A stretch of 64,000 bases of DNA from Clostridiales bacterium (GCA_022508265.1 JAFLVP010000003.1:39500-103499), one strand, 5' to 3'; shown: positions 1 to 8,985, counted from the stretch's first letter. Program-made: numbers and translations. The notes: generated by a model from the letters alone, not told the origin.

Positions 1-1447
1 GGTCGGCTATGGTTCTTGCAACCTTTATAATCCTCGTCCTTGCGCGGGCGGAAAGATGCAGAGTTTCGAACGCCGTGCGCAGAATGTTTTCGCACTCCTT
101 TGAAAGCTTACAGTACTTTTTAATCTGTCTCTCGCCCATATTCGAGTTTACGGCAATATTTTCTTCGCAAAACCTCTCTCTTTGAATTGCGCGCGCTCTT
201 TCTACACGCTCTTTTACCTTTGCGCTCGGTTCCTCGCTTCCCTCTCCCGAGAGGTCGTCGTATTTTACGCCGTCCACCTCGACCTGCAAGTCAATTCTGT
301 CTAAAAGCGGACCCGAAATTTTACTTCTGTATTTATGAATTTGTGCGGGCGTACAGGTGCAAGTGAGATGCGCCGAACCGTAATTTCCGCAGGGGCAGGG
401 GTTCATACTTGCGCAGAGAATAAAATCTGCAGGAAAAGTGACGGCTCCGCCCGCGCGGGTTACTGTTATTATTTTATCTTCAAGGGGCTGACGAAGGGAT
501 TCGAGTGCATTGCGTGTATATTCGGGCAACTCGTCCAAAAACAGTACGCCCTTGTGCGCTTTGGAAATTTCGCCGGGATGTATTTTGCTGTTCCCGCCTC
601 CGCAGAGCGATACGGTAGTCGCCGTGTGGTGAGGCGTTCTGAATGGACGCAGGGATACAATTCCCTCCTCGTTGAGCTCGCCCGCAACCGAGTGTATTTT
701 GGTAACTTCCAAAGCCTCGTCAAAGGTCATATCGGGCATAATCGTAGGAATACACCTTGCAAGCAAGGTCTTGCCCGTTCCGGGAGGACCTGCAAGCAGA
801 ATATTGTGACCGCCCGCAACGGCAATCTCCAACGCTCTTTTAGCCGTTTTCTGACCGCGCACGAGCGACATATCGTAGTTGTAGTTATTCTCCTTCTGCG
901 TTGCCGTAAAATCGCGGTGCGCTACGGGCTTAAACGCCCTCTCTCCCTTTAAAAACTCCACGGTGTCGCGAAGTGAGGCCAGCGCGTAAACCTCCGTACC
1001 CGCCAAATAGCTCGCCTCGTTGGCGTTGCCCTTGGGCACAATAAAGCGGGTACAGCCCTTCGCCTTTGCCGATATGAGTATGGGCATTATGCCCGTCACG
1101 GGGCGCAAGCCTCCGTCGAGGGCAAGCTCGCCCAAAAATACCGTGCCGTCCGTGTCGGCTTCAAGCTGGTCGCTCGCCTTCAATATGCTTATAGCAATGG
1201 GCAAATCGTAGTGCGAACCCTCTTTTTTTATGTCCGCGGGCGCAAGATTTATAGTTATTTTGTTTACGGGAAAGTTAAGAGCGCTGTTTTTTATGGCGGA
1301 GCGCACGCGCTCCTTGCTCTCTTTTACGGCGGCGTCGGGCAACCCTACGAGGTCGTAGGACACAATACCCTTGTTTATATCCGTCTCTATCTGAACGGCA
1401 ACGCCTTCAAGTCCGTTTAAAGCAAAGCTCGCAATTTTAGACAGCAT
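1..1447 (-). CDS. comM: ComM/YifB-family Mg-chelatase-like AAA+ ATPase; C-terminal part runs off the left edge
   Basis: Not in the ORF track because it is open at the window edge. My own reverse translation from the ATG at 1447 reads MLSKIASFALNGLEGVAVQIETD...LLAGPPGTGKTLLARC... The Walker A motif GPPGTGKT is present. Confidence 0.85.
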   Translation of the reverse strand, partial: MLSKIASFALNGLEGVAVQIETDINKGIVSYDLVGLPDAAVKESKERVRSAIKNSALNFPVNKITINLAPADIKKEGSHYDLPIAISILKASDQLEADTDGTVFLGELALDGGLRPVTGIMPILISAKAKGCTRFIVPKGNANEASYLAGTEVYALASLRDTVEFLKGERAFKPVAHRDFTATQKENNYNYDMSLVRGQKTAKRALEIAVAGGHNILLAGPPGTGKTLLARCIPTIMPDMTFDEALEVTKIHSVAGELNEEGIVSLRPFRTPHHTATTVSLCGGGNSKIHPGEISKAHKGVLFLDELPEYTRNALESLRQPLEDKIITVTRAGGAVTFPADFILCASMNPCPCGNYGSAHLTCTCTPAQIHKYRSKISGPLLDRIDLQVEVDGVKYDDLSGEGSEEPSAKVKERVERARAIQRERFCEENIAVNSNMGERQIKKYCKLSKECENILRTAFETLHLSARARTRIIKVARTIAD

Positions 1448-1516
1448 GTTATTCCCCTTTGTATCTTTCCCCTTTGTAAAAGTAAAGCTCCCGCGCATAA
1501 CGGGAGCATTTATAAA

Positions 1517-1861
1517 TTATTTAAGTTCGGTAATCTTCGCGGCTTTACCGGTAAGTCCGCGCAGGTAGTAAAGTTTAGCTCTTCTTACTCTGCCGCGCTT
1601 AACCACGGTTATAGACGCAATCTTGGGGGAGTGCAAGGGGAAGGTTCTTTCTACGCCGACGCCGAACGAAAGCCTGCGAACGGTGAAACTTTCGCGGATG
1701 CCGCCGTGCTTTTTGGCAATTACAACGCCCTCGAAGTTCTGAATTCTTTCCTTTGTACCCTCGATAACCTTGAAGCCTACCTTAACCGTGTCGCCCACGT
1801 TGAATACGGGAACCGACTTTTTCATGCCTTCTGCTTCTATGGCTTCTACAAGACCTTTCAT
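1517..1861 (-). CDS. rplS: 50S ribosomal protein L19
   Basis: 114 aa with typical L19 sequence (FNVGDTVKV...RRAKLYYLR). GGAGG RBS upstream. In the rpsP-rimM-trmD-rplS neighbourhood. Confidence 0.97.
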   Translation of the reverse strand: MKGLVEAIEAEGMKKSVPVFNVGDTVKVGFKVIEGTKERIQNFEGVVIAKKHGGIRESFTVRRLSFGVGVERTFPLHSPKIASITVVKRGRVRRAKLYYLRGLTGKAAKITELK

Positions 1862-2017
1862 TTCAAATCCTCCATTTATACAGCGCGTTCGTGCAAGGTT
1901 TTTGCAGAGGACCGCGCAAAATCGAACTCTATCTTAACAGAACAATAGTAAAAAAGCAACTCATTTTAGGGGGTGTGTCGCAATTTTCACAAATCTTTTT
2001 TTCAATATTATAATAGG

Positions 2018-2206
2018 TTCACAAAAATTAAAAACTATTCTGCGTTTTCAATTTTTCGTGAGTTTTGGGAACTAAGTTCCCCTTTGCGCAATCTTTAAGG
2101 GCAAACAATAATATGATTGCGCAAATTCCCCTCCACGAAGGCGTAGGCATACGCAAATTGGGTGCGCAAGCAAAAAGCGTGGTTTTTGCTTGCGCCGTTA
2201 AAAGTT
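2018..2206 (-). repeat. Family-1 mosaic hairpin repeat, full copy (head ACGGCGC to tail TTTTGTGAA reads on the minus strand)
   Basis: Five consecutive hairpins, e.g. GCAAGCAAAAA/TTTTTGCTTGC, GCGTA/TACGC, TTTGCGCAATC/GATTGCGCAAA, GGGAAC/GTTCCC, TCACGAAAAATT/AATTTTTGTGA. Alignable to copies at 3952, 27061, 37214, 55504 and 11373. Confidence 0.9.
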
Positions 2207-2214
2207 ATAAGATG

Positions 2215-2260
2215 TGTTAACAAAATTAAAAACTATTCTGCGTTTTCGATTTTTCGTGAA
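2215..2260 (-). repeat. Family-1 repeat, solo tail hairpin (H5) module
   Basis: AACAAAATTAAAAACTATTCTGCGTTTTCGATTTTTCGTGAA is nearly identical to 2018-2064. It ends at the base before the stop codon at 2261. Confidence 0.8.
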
Positions 2261-2887
2261 TTATACAAATTTAGAATAGCCGTAAGAGTTGACGACCGCG
2301 TCTACTTTTACGCCGCTTCTGCAAAGGGGGCAGTCAACGGGCGCGTAAGAGGAATAATCGGGAATATCGTCTATGCCGAACAGCTTTACCGTTTGAACGC
2401 TGCAATCGAATTTACCGCCGAAAACCATAGCCGCGCCCACGGGAGTGCCGCCGTAAAAACGAATTCCCTCTACAACGCTGTTCACGTCCTTACCCGTCGT
2501 AGCCGAATCCGTTAAAAGGAGAACGTGCTTGTATTTTACGTAGGACAAAAAGTTGTCGCGAAGCAGCAATTTATCGTTAGTGATTTCGGGAGTAATTACT
2601 GCGATGTTCTGATTTTTGCTCATCTGTGTGTGCGCAAGCTCTTCCGCCATAAACGAGCCGACCATCTTCATTCTGTCAAGCGAAATAATGGTATCAACGG
2701 GCGTGCCCGCAAAGCGCGCCGCAAGCAGTTTTGCCGCCGCCTTGGCATCAAATAGCTGCGACTTGACCGCCGTCATATCCACGCAGTAATTTACGTGCGA
2801 GTGCTTTGTGGCAAAGTGCCCGGGAATAACCTTGATAAATACGTTCCGGTCTGCCTTTGAAAAAAGTTCGTATGCTCTGCCTTCCAT
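2261..2887 (-). CDS. Phosphoribosyltransferase-family protein (PRPP-binding motif VLLLTDSATTG)
   Basis: ORF 2261..2953 trimmed to the ATG at 2887 (MEGRAYELF...), which is preceded by GGAGGAATTTT. PRT-type acidic/hydrophobic motif present. Exact substrate unknown. Confidence 0.7.
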   Translation of the reverse strand: MEGRAYELFSKADRNVFIKVIPGHFATKHSHVNYCVDMTAVKSQLFDAKAAAKLLAARFAGTPVDTIISLDRMKMVGSFMAEELAHTQMSKNQNIAVITPEITNDKLLLRDNFLSYVKYKHVLLLTDSATTGKDVNSVVEGIRFYGGTPVGAAMVFGGKFDCSVQTVKLFGIDDIPDYSSYAPVDCPLCRSGVKVDAVVNSYGYSKFV

Positions 2888-2982
2888 AAAATTCCTCCAA
2901 AAATTTGCGTTTTTATATGTAAAATTCAGTCGAAATGATAAATTGACCACCACATATGCCTTAAATAACGACGTTTTAGGTA

Positions 2983-3354
2983 TTATTGACCAAATGCGTT
3001 ATCTATATGATTGAGCTCGCTTTTGAACACCTCTATTATATCAAAACGCACCGTACAATCGATAATTTTATTCATAAAATAGTAATTTGCCCCCCTAATA
3101 TACCGCAGTTTCCGCTCATTTGACACAGCTTCGGATGGGGCACCGTAGATATCGGACAGCCTTGTTTTAACCTCAATAAAGGCAACGACCTCGCCTTTTT
3201 CAGCTATAATATCTATCTCTCCGAAGGGGGTTTTATAGTTTTTTTCAAGTATTTTCCAGCCCCGCCTTTTCAGATAAGAGCGCGCCTTCTTTTCGCCCTC
3301 TTTCCCAAGCTTTTTGTTGTGAAAGCTGTCCTTATTTTCCTTTTCTACTGCCAT
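2983..3354 (-). CDS. yraN: YraN-family (UPF0102) endonuclease-like protein
   Basis: ...KKARSYLKRRGWKILEKNYKTPFGEIDIIAEKGEVVAFIEVKTR... is typical of UPF0102. Trimmed to Met-12. Follows rnhB, as is common in Firmicutes. Confidence 0.85.
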   Translation of the reverse strand: MAVEKENKDSFHNKKLGKEGEKKARSYLKRRGWKILEKNYKTPFGEIDIIAEKGEVVAFIEVKTRLSDIYGAPSEAVSNERKLRYIRGANYYFMNKIIDCTVRFDIIEVFKSELNHIDNAFGQ

Positions 3355-3941
3355 TTTTTTGTAAAGCTCCTGCGGTGAACGGGGCATATTCCCGCCCGTT
3401 TTATGGCGTCTATGTGAGTTTTGGTTCCGTAGCCCTTGTGCTTTGCAAAGCCGTATTCGGGGTAAAGCCTGTCGTATTCGTCCATGACGGCGTCCCTGTA
3501 AACCTTGGCGATAATGGACGCTGCGCCTATCGAATAGGACAAGCTGTCGCCCTTTACTATACTCATCTGCTCATAGGGAATATCCAGCGTCATATTGCCG
3601 TCCGTCAGCACGAAATCAGGCTTAATTTTAAGGCTTTCAACCGCATTTTTCATACACAGCTTTGTTGCCTCTAAAATGTTTATTTCGTCAATAATTTGCG
3701 GTTCAATGCGGCATATTGCGTGGGCAATTGCCTTTTTTTGAATTTGCTCCGCCAGCGTTTCACGCTTTTTTGCGGACAGTTTTTTGCTGTCGTCAACCCC
3801 CTCGATTATATCGTCAAGGGGCATAATTACGGCGGCGCAGACGACGGGCCCCGCAAGCGGACCTCTGCCCACCTCGTCAACTCCGCAGATATATTTTGCT
3901 CCCCTTTCAAGGAGTTCTCTTTCGTAAATAAGCTTATCCAT
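3345..3941 (-). CDS. rnhB: Ribonuclease HII
   Basis: GVDEVGRGPLAGPVV motif. ORF-track start 3995 is a TTG inside a repeat element. The ATG at 3941 (MDKLIYERE...) gives the usual N-terminus, but the start remains uncertain. Confidence 0.9.
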   Translation of the reverse strand: MDKLIYERELLERGAKYICGVDEVGRGPLAGPVVCAAVIMPLDDIIEGVDDSKKLSAKKRETLAEQIQKKAIAHAICRIEPQIIDEINILEATKLCMKNAVESLKIKPDFVLTDGNMTLDIPYEQMSIVKGDSLSYSIGAASIIAKVYRDAVMDEYDRLYPEYGFAKHKGYGTKTHIDAIKRAGICPVHRRSFTKKWQ

Positions 3942-3951
3942 ATCAAAATGT

Positions 3952-4136
3952 CTTACGGCGCAAGCAGAACCACGCTTCTGCGCCCGCGCACTCAATTTGC
4001 GAATACTTTCGCCTCAGTGGAAGTGAATGCCCGCATTTTTATTATTGTTTGCCCTTATAGAATGCGGGCAGAGAAACTTAGTTTCTCAAACTCACGGAAA
4101 ATATGCTTCGCAGAATAGAAGCTTATTTTCGTGAAC
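3952..4136 (+). repeat. Family-1 mosaic hairpin repeat, full copy
   Basis: ACGGCGCAAGCAGAACCACGCTTCTGCG...TTGTTTGCCCTTATAGAATGCGGGCA GAGAAACTTAGTTTCTC ...TCACGGAAAATATGCTTCGCAGAATAGAAGCTTATTTTCGTGAAC. Close to the copy at 27061. Confidence 0.92.
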
Positions 4137-4140
4137 ACTA

Positions 4141-4995
4141 TTAAAATTCAAGCGAGGTTATGTCCTCTACGCTGTCGAGCGTAATTCTGCCAAGTCTGCC
4201 CTTTCTGAAATCGTCGATTATTGCCCGCTCGCCCCGCTCGTAGTCGTACTCGCCTCCGCGCAGAATAAAGCCTCTGCGGGCGCAGACCCCTTCAAGCATT
4301 TCAAGTGGCTGCCCTATATTTATCGAATATCGCTCCTCGAGGCGTTTGGGATAGTTTGCCGCGAGCTCTTCCAGAAGTGCAAGCGCAATTTCGTCCATTT
4401 CCAAAATATCGTCGTTTATGCTGCCGACGTATGCAAGATGTCTTGCAAGATATTGATTTTCGAACGCGGGGGGCATTGTGCCGGGGGTATCCAAGAGCTC
4501 GAACCCGTCGCACTTTATCCACTGTTTGCCGCGCGTCACTCCCGCCTTGTCGCCCGTTTCCGCGCGCTTTGAACCAGCAAGTATATTTATAAGCGTACTT
4601 TTGCCAGTGTTGGGAACTCCCGCAACCATAAAACGGAAAACCCTGTTGTAGCCCTTTGCGGCAGCCGTCTCTCTCTTTTGGGCGACGAGTGACTTAATAG
4701 CTTCGGTAAGCGCCCTGCGGGCGCCCGCGTTTACGGAATTAGCCTTAACGCAGACCGCACCCATACTCTTTACTGCCGACATTAAAATATCGACCCTCTC
4801 GTCAGCGAGGTCGGCCTTGTTGAACACGTATAAGACGGGTTTTGACTTTAAAAGCTTTTTAAGTTTTGCGTTGAACGAGGCGGCGGGGCAACGGGCGTCG
4901 AGCACGAAAATTACTCCGTCCACGAGGGACAAATTTTGCTCCATCATGCGCATTGCCCCCGTCATATGCCCCGGATACCACTGTATTATCTTCAT
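4141..4995 (-). CDS. rbgA: Ribosome biogenesis GTPase A (YlqF/RbgA, circularly permuted GTPase)
   Basis: MKIIQWYPGHM..., NKADL precedes GVPNTGKST (permuted G motifs). Neighbourhood includes rnhB. Confidence 0.93.
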   Translation of the reverse strand: MKIIQWYPGHMTGAMRMMEQNLSLVDGVIFVLDARCPAASFNAKLKKLLKSKPVLYVFNKADLADERVDILMSAVKSMGAVCVKANSVNAGARRALTEAIKSLVAQKRETAAAKGYNRVFRFMVAGVPNTGKSTLINILAGSKRAETGDKAGVTRGKQWIKCDGFELLDTPGTMPPAFENQYLARHLAYVGSINDDILEMDEIALALLEELAANYPKRLEERYSINIGQPLEMLEGVCARRGFILRGGEYDYERGERAIIDDFRKGRLGRITLDSVEDITSLEF

Positions 4996-5014
4996 AAAAT
5001 TGCCTTAAATACGC

Positions 5015-5692
5015 CTACTTTAGACCTTTGTTTAAAAGGTCGGGACGCAGTTTTTTTGTGAGTTCTTCGCTCTGCTCCCTGCGCCACCTGTCTATCTCGG
5101 CGTGGTTGCCCGAAAGCAGAACTTCGGGAACGGACAGCCCCTCGTAGACTGCGGGGCGGGTGTACTGCGGATATTCGAGTCCGCCCTCGCCGAAAGTTTC
5201 GTCTGTCAGCGACTTGTCCGAAATTACCCCGTCCACGTACCGCGAAATGCAGTCGCATACGACCATAGCGGGCAGTTCTCCGCCCGTCAGCACGTAGTCG
5301 CCTATGGAAATTTCCTCGTCTATATAGAGGTCGATAATCCTTTGGTCTATCCCCTCGTAGTGTCCGCACAAAAGGACGATGTGCCCGTAGCTTAAAAGCC
5401 CGAACACCTTGTCCTGCTTAAAGGTTGCGCCCTTGGGCGAGAGGTATATGCGGTGCGCCCTGTGTTCGGGGTCAACGGCGTTTATTGCCGAACCTATCGG
5501 CTGGGGCATCATTACCATACCCGCGCCGCCGCCGAAAGGATAGTCGTCGCACTTAAAATGCTTGTTATCGGCATAATCGCGGATATTGACGATTTGAATA
5601 TCGAGCTTTCCCGCTTTCAGCGCCCTGCCCGTAATACTTGAAAAGAGTGGCGCGAACATTTCGGGAAAGAGTGTCAAAACGGTAATTTTCAA
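5015..5692 (-). CDS. trmD: tRNA (guanine37-N1)-methyltransferase
   Basis: 225 aa, typical TrmD sequence (LTLFPEMF..., GHYEGIDQR). Overlaps the rimM stop by 4 nt. Confidence 0.96.
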   Translation of the reverse strand: MKITVLTLFPEMFAPLFSSITGRALKAGKLDIQIVNIRDYADNKHFKCDDYPFGGGAGMVMMPQPIGSAINAVDPEHRAHRIYLSPKGATFKQDKVFGLLSYGHIVLLCGHYEGIDQRIIDLYIDEEISIGDYVLTGGELPAMVVCDCISRYVDGVISDKSLTDETFGEGGLEYPQYTRPAVYEGLSVPEVLLSGNHAEIDRWRREQSEELTKKLRPDLLNKGLK

Positions 5693-6186
5693 ACCGACAC
5701 TTCCTTAAACCTTTTTTTGTTTACCGTAATTTTCTTGGTCTCGACGTCAACGTCCTCTATGACGCCGTCCGCAGCCGCAAAGCTGACCTCGCCCTTCGCT
5801 GTTGAAAGCACGTAGATATCCGTCCCTGCGGGAACGACCTCTTTTACCTCGCCTATTTTCTCGCCGGAGGTGTAGAAAACCTCACAGCCGAGCAAATCTG
5901 CGATATAATACCTGCCTTCGGGCAGTGGCGGACAGTCCGAACGCAGAACGTCGATATCTTTTCCGCGCAAGGTTTCGGCGACGTTTCTGTCGGCTATGCC
6001 CTTGACGCCAACAAAGGCAAAATCGCCCTGCGTGCGCACGCTCAAAACGGAGTATTCCTCCCCGCCGATAAATATGCGCTTGAAGGTCTTAAAGTCCTCG
6101 CTTTCGTCCAAAAAAACCTTAACTTTAATCTCGCCGCGGATACCTTGAGGCTTTAACACCGTGGCAACGTTTAATTTTTCTTCCAT
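5689..6186 (-). CDS. rimM: 16S rRNA processing protein RimM
   Basis: 165 aa, N-terminal KPQGIRGEIKV motif with a PRC-barrel-like C-terminus. In the rpsP-KH-rimM-trmD gene order. Confidence 0.93.
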   Translation of the reverse strand: MEEKLNVATVLKPQGIRGEIKVKVFLDESEDFKTFKRIFIGGEEYSVLSVRTQGDFAFVGVKGIADRNVAETLRGKDIDVLRSDCPPLPEGRYYIADLLGCEVFYTSGEKIGEVKEVVPAGTDIYVLSTAKGEVSFAAADGVIEDVDVETKKITVNKKRFKEVSV

Positions 6187-6239
6187 ACTTTAAAAAATTG
6201 CAACCGAGTAATTACCCCGGTTGCACAGCGCAACCCGCG

Positions 6240-6485
6240 TTACGCCTTTTCTTTTATTTCGATGATATAGCGCTTGCTGTTTCTGGGCGTAGCCGCAGCA
6301 ACGAGCGTGCGGAGTGATTTGGCAATCTTGCCCTGCTTTCCGATTACCTTTCCCATATCGCCGGGGTCAAGCAAAACGGTAACCTCGTACGCGTTTTCCT
6401 TTTCCTCGATATTGTACTCGACCTCGTCCTTCTTCTCGGCAAAAGTGCCCACGACGTATTTTATAAGTTCTAAAATATTATCCAT
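6240..6485 (-). CDS. KH-domain RNA-binding protein (YlqC/UPF0109 type)
   Basis: 81 aa with GKVIGKQGKIAKSLRTL, a KH GXXG loop. Conserved position between rpsP and rimM. Confidence 0.9.
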   Translation of the reverse strand: MDNILELIKYVVGTFAEKKDEVEYNIEEKENAYEVTVLLDPGDMGKVIGKQGKIAKSLRTLVAAATPRNSKRYIIEIKEKA

Positions 6486-6504
6486 TTTAATTTCCCGTTA
6501 CAAA

Positions 6505-6801
6505 TTAGCTTTTCTTCTTTTTGTTGTTGGTCTTGGGAGCGGAAAGCTTGTCGCTCTTTTGAATAGCGCCGACGGTAACAAGATAGCTTTTAACGGTTTC
6601 CGTAGGCTGAACGCCCTTGGAGAGCCAATCTTTAGCCTTTTCCACGTCGAGGTGAATTTCCGCAGGCGATTTGAGGGGATCAACGTAACCGATCTGATCG
6701 ATATACTCACCCGAGCGCGCCTTGCGCGAATCCGTTACGACGACACGGTAGAAGGGATGCTTCTTGTCGCCCATTCTCGTAAGTCTCATTTTAACTGCCA
6801 T
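6505..6801 (-). CDS. rpsP: 30S ribosomal protein S16 (with Lys-rich C-terminal tail)
   Basis: MAVKMRLTRMGDKKHPFYRVVV... is canonical S16. AAGGAG RBS. Confidence 0.97.
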   Translation of the reverse strand: MAVKMRLTRMGDKKHPFYRVVVTDSRKARSGEYIDQIGYVDPLKSPAEIHLDVEKAKDWLSKGVQPTETVKSYLVTVGAIQKSDKLSAPKTNNKKKKS

Positions 6802-6836
6802 TTTAGTAAAACTCCTTAAAAATTATTATCCTGTAT

Positions 6837-6953
6837 TTTAACCCCAAAAGTGCAATAACTGCGGCATATATTGGGGGTAATTACAAATTTTGTATTAAAA
6901 ATCACCTATAATTTGAACCCCAAAAAATGCGTTATTTAAGGCATATATGGGGG
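6837..6953. repeat. Two ~43-nt CCCCAA...TTGGGG hairpin units spaced 74 nt apart in the ffh-rpsP spacer
   Basis: TTTTAACCCCAAAAGTGCAATAACTGCGGCATATATTGGGGG (6837-6878) versus ATTTGAACCCCAAAAAATGCGTTATTTAAGGCATATATGGGGG (6911-6953). Confidence 0.7.
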
Positions 6954-7086
6954 CGAGCACGGATTTCTCAAAACAGCACAGCGCGCTGTTTTGCCGTGCG
7001 AGGTGAGCTTGCACATAAGGGGTGCAAGCGGTGCCCGAGTTGGCAGATGCTCCTTACTGCCAACGAGAAAATTGCAATTTTTTATG

Positions 7087-8397
7087 TTAAAAAGGCAATC
7101 TTCTTCTGCCGTTTTTAAACTGTTTCATAAGCTGCTTTGTCTGGTCGAACTGCTTTAAAAGCTGATTGACCTCCTGCACACTTGTTCCGCTTCCCGCGGC
7201 AATTCGCTTTCTTCTCGACGAGTTTATAATCGAGGGGTCTACCCTCTCTCTCTTTGTCATTGAAAGAATTATCGCCTTGGTTTTTTCTATCCTCTTTTCG
7301 TCTATATCGTCGGCTTTTACCTTTCCGCCCATACCCGGCATCATAGAAAGTAACGCCTGCGCACCGCCCATTTTTTTCATGCTCTCGAACTGTTCCAGGT
7401 AGTCCTCGAGCGTGAAGGTGTTTTCAAGCATCTTTTTCTGCATGGCTTTCGCCTGCTCTTCCGTGACAGCCTCCTGCGCCTTTTCTATGAGCGTCAGAAC
7501 GTCGCCCATGCCGAGAATTCTCGACGCCATTCTGTCGGGATAGAAGGGCTCCAACTCGGTCAGCTTTTCGCCCACGCCGATAAACTTAATGGGCTTGCCC
7601 GTAACAGCCTTTATCGAAAGGCATGCACCGCCCCTCGTGTCGCCGTCAAGCTTGGTTAAGATTATGCCCGTGACTTCCAGCCTCTCGTTGAAGGTTTTGG
7701 CAACGTTTACAGCCACCTGACCCATCATACTGTCTACGGTTAAAAGAATTTCGCAGACGCTGACTGCCGACTTAATCTCTTCAAGCTCGCGCATAAGAGG
7801 CTCGTCGATTTCAAGTCTGCCCGCGGTATCGATGACGACGGTATCAAAGCCCATAGAACGGGCGTACTCAACAGCCTCTTTGGCAGTTTTAACGGGGTTC
7901 TGCGTTCCCTTTTCAAAGACCTCGGCACCCGCATTTCTGCCCACCACTTTAAGCTGGTTGATTGCGGCGGGTCTGTATATGTCGCAGCCGACGAGCAGGG
8001 GCTTTTTGCCGCTCTTTTTTAAATTTATTGCAAGCTTGCCGCAAAGTGTGGTTTTACCCGCGCCCTGCAAGCCGCACATCATTATGACCGTAGGGGGCTT
8101 GGGCGCGATATTGAGCTTCTGGTTGGAGGAACCCATAAGAGCTATGAGCTCTTCGTTTACAATCTTTATAACCTGCTGAGCGGGGTTAAGGCTCTTCATA
8201 ATCTCCTGCCCAACCGCCTTTTCGGAGACGTCGGCGCAGAATTTTTTGGCAACCTGAATATTTACGTCCGCCTCTAAAAGGGCAACGCGAACCTCGCGCA
8301 TGGCAGTTTTGATTTCAAGCTCCGTCAGCCTACCGCGCTTTGTAAGTTTTGAAAATATATGATTTAATCTTTCGGAAAGAGATGCAAAAAGTGCCAT
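7087..8397 (-). CDS. ffh: Signal recognition particle protein Ffh (SRP54)
   Basis: 436 aa, GLQGAGKTT P-loop, DTAGR, Met-rich M domain (LLSMMPGMGG). Confidence 0.97.
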   Translation of the reverse strand: MALFASLSERLNHIFSKLTKRGRLTELEIKTAMREVRVALLEADVNIQVAKKFCADVSEKAVGQEIMKSLNPAQQVIKIVNEELIALMGSSNQKLNIAPKPPTVIMMCGLQGAGKTTLCGKLAINLKKSGKKPLLVGCDIYRPAAINQLKVVGRNAGAEVFEKGTQNPVKTAKEAVEYARSMGFDTVVIDTAGRLEIDEPLMRELEEIKSAVSVCEILLTVDSMMGQVAVNVAKTFNERLEVTGIILTKLDGDTRGGACLSIKAVTGKPIKFIGVGEKLTELEPFYPDRMASRILGMGDVLTLIEKAQEAVTEEQAKAMQKKMLENTFTLEDYLEQFESMKKMGGAQALLSMMPGMGGKVKADDIDEKRIEKTKAIILSMTKRERVDPSIINSSRRKRIAAGSGTSVQEVNQLLKQFDQTKQLMKQFKNGRRRLPF

Positions 8398-8405
8398 TTT
8401 TTACC

Positions 8406-8786
8406 TTAATTTTTCAGCGCGTCGCTTGAGTTCTCCGAATAATCTCTATCAAGAATTTCTGAAAGTTTTGCTATGTCCTGTTCAAATTCCGGGCATTTAA
8501 GCTTGAAATTTTCCGCCCAATTTTTTGCTTTTGTGACCAAAAGCGAAATTTCCAAGGAAATTTTGTCCATATTCTTTGCAAAACCGAGCTTTCGTTCAAG
8601 ATCTTCAAGCTGTTTTTTGCAGGTCTGCAAACACTCCGAAACGGCTTGACGGGTCACGCCTTTTTCCGCGGCAATTTCCGAAACCGTCAAATCGAAATTG
8701 AAATACAGATCGGTAAACTCCCGCTGGGTGGGCGTTAAAATTCCGCTATATATGTCCCAAAGCCGCATAAACTCGGTTTTATTCAT
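8406..8786 (-). CDS. ylxM: YlxM/UPF0122 putative DNA-binding protein upstream of ffh
   Basis: 126 aa with a sigma-70 region-4-like HTH (LTVSEIAAEKGVTRQAVSECL). Conserved ylxM-ffh pairing. Confidence 0.88.
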   Translation of the reverse strand: MNKTEFMRLWDIYSGILTPTQREFTDLYFNFDLTVSEIAAEKGVTRQAVSECLQTCKKQLEDLERKLGFAKNMDKISLEISLLVTKAKNWAENFKLKCPEFEQDIAKLSEILDRDYSENSSDALKN

Positions 8787-8815
8787 AGTCTGTCAAGCCC
8801 TTTTACTTTACGGCT

Positions 8816-8844
8816 ATTATATCTCTTTAAAAATTCGTTGTCAA
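8816..8844 (-). promoter_or_regulatory. Sigma-70-type promoter for ylxM-ffh
   Basis: On the minus strand: TTGACA, 17 nt spacer, TATAAT (perfect consensus hexamers). Confidence 0.7.
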
Positions 8845-8956
8845 GCAATTTGGCTTGACGATTTTGCATAAATTTACTCTTTTTTTAATAGTTTTTAACA
8901 GAATAATTTATTTTTTAACAAAAGAAGGTCTTGAAAACCGTTGAAAAATTTTTAAA

Positions 8957-8985
8957 TTGACATAAAAAATTCAAAGTGCTAAAAT
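8957..8985 (+). promoter_or_regulatory. Sigma-70-type promoter for the small gene at 9009
   Basis: TTGACA, 17 nt spacer, TAAAAT. Confidence 0.65.

Noticed and set aside
335-952. 205-codon plus-strand ORF, with smaller ones to 1420
   Set aside because: They lie antisense within the comM/yifB gene. That gene is missing from the track only because it is truncated by the window edge.
4301-5369. Several 60-125-codon Arg-rich ORFs overlapping rbgA and trmD
   Set aside because: They are alternative-frame or antisense artefacts inside well-supported genes.
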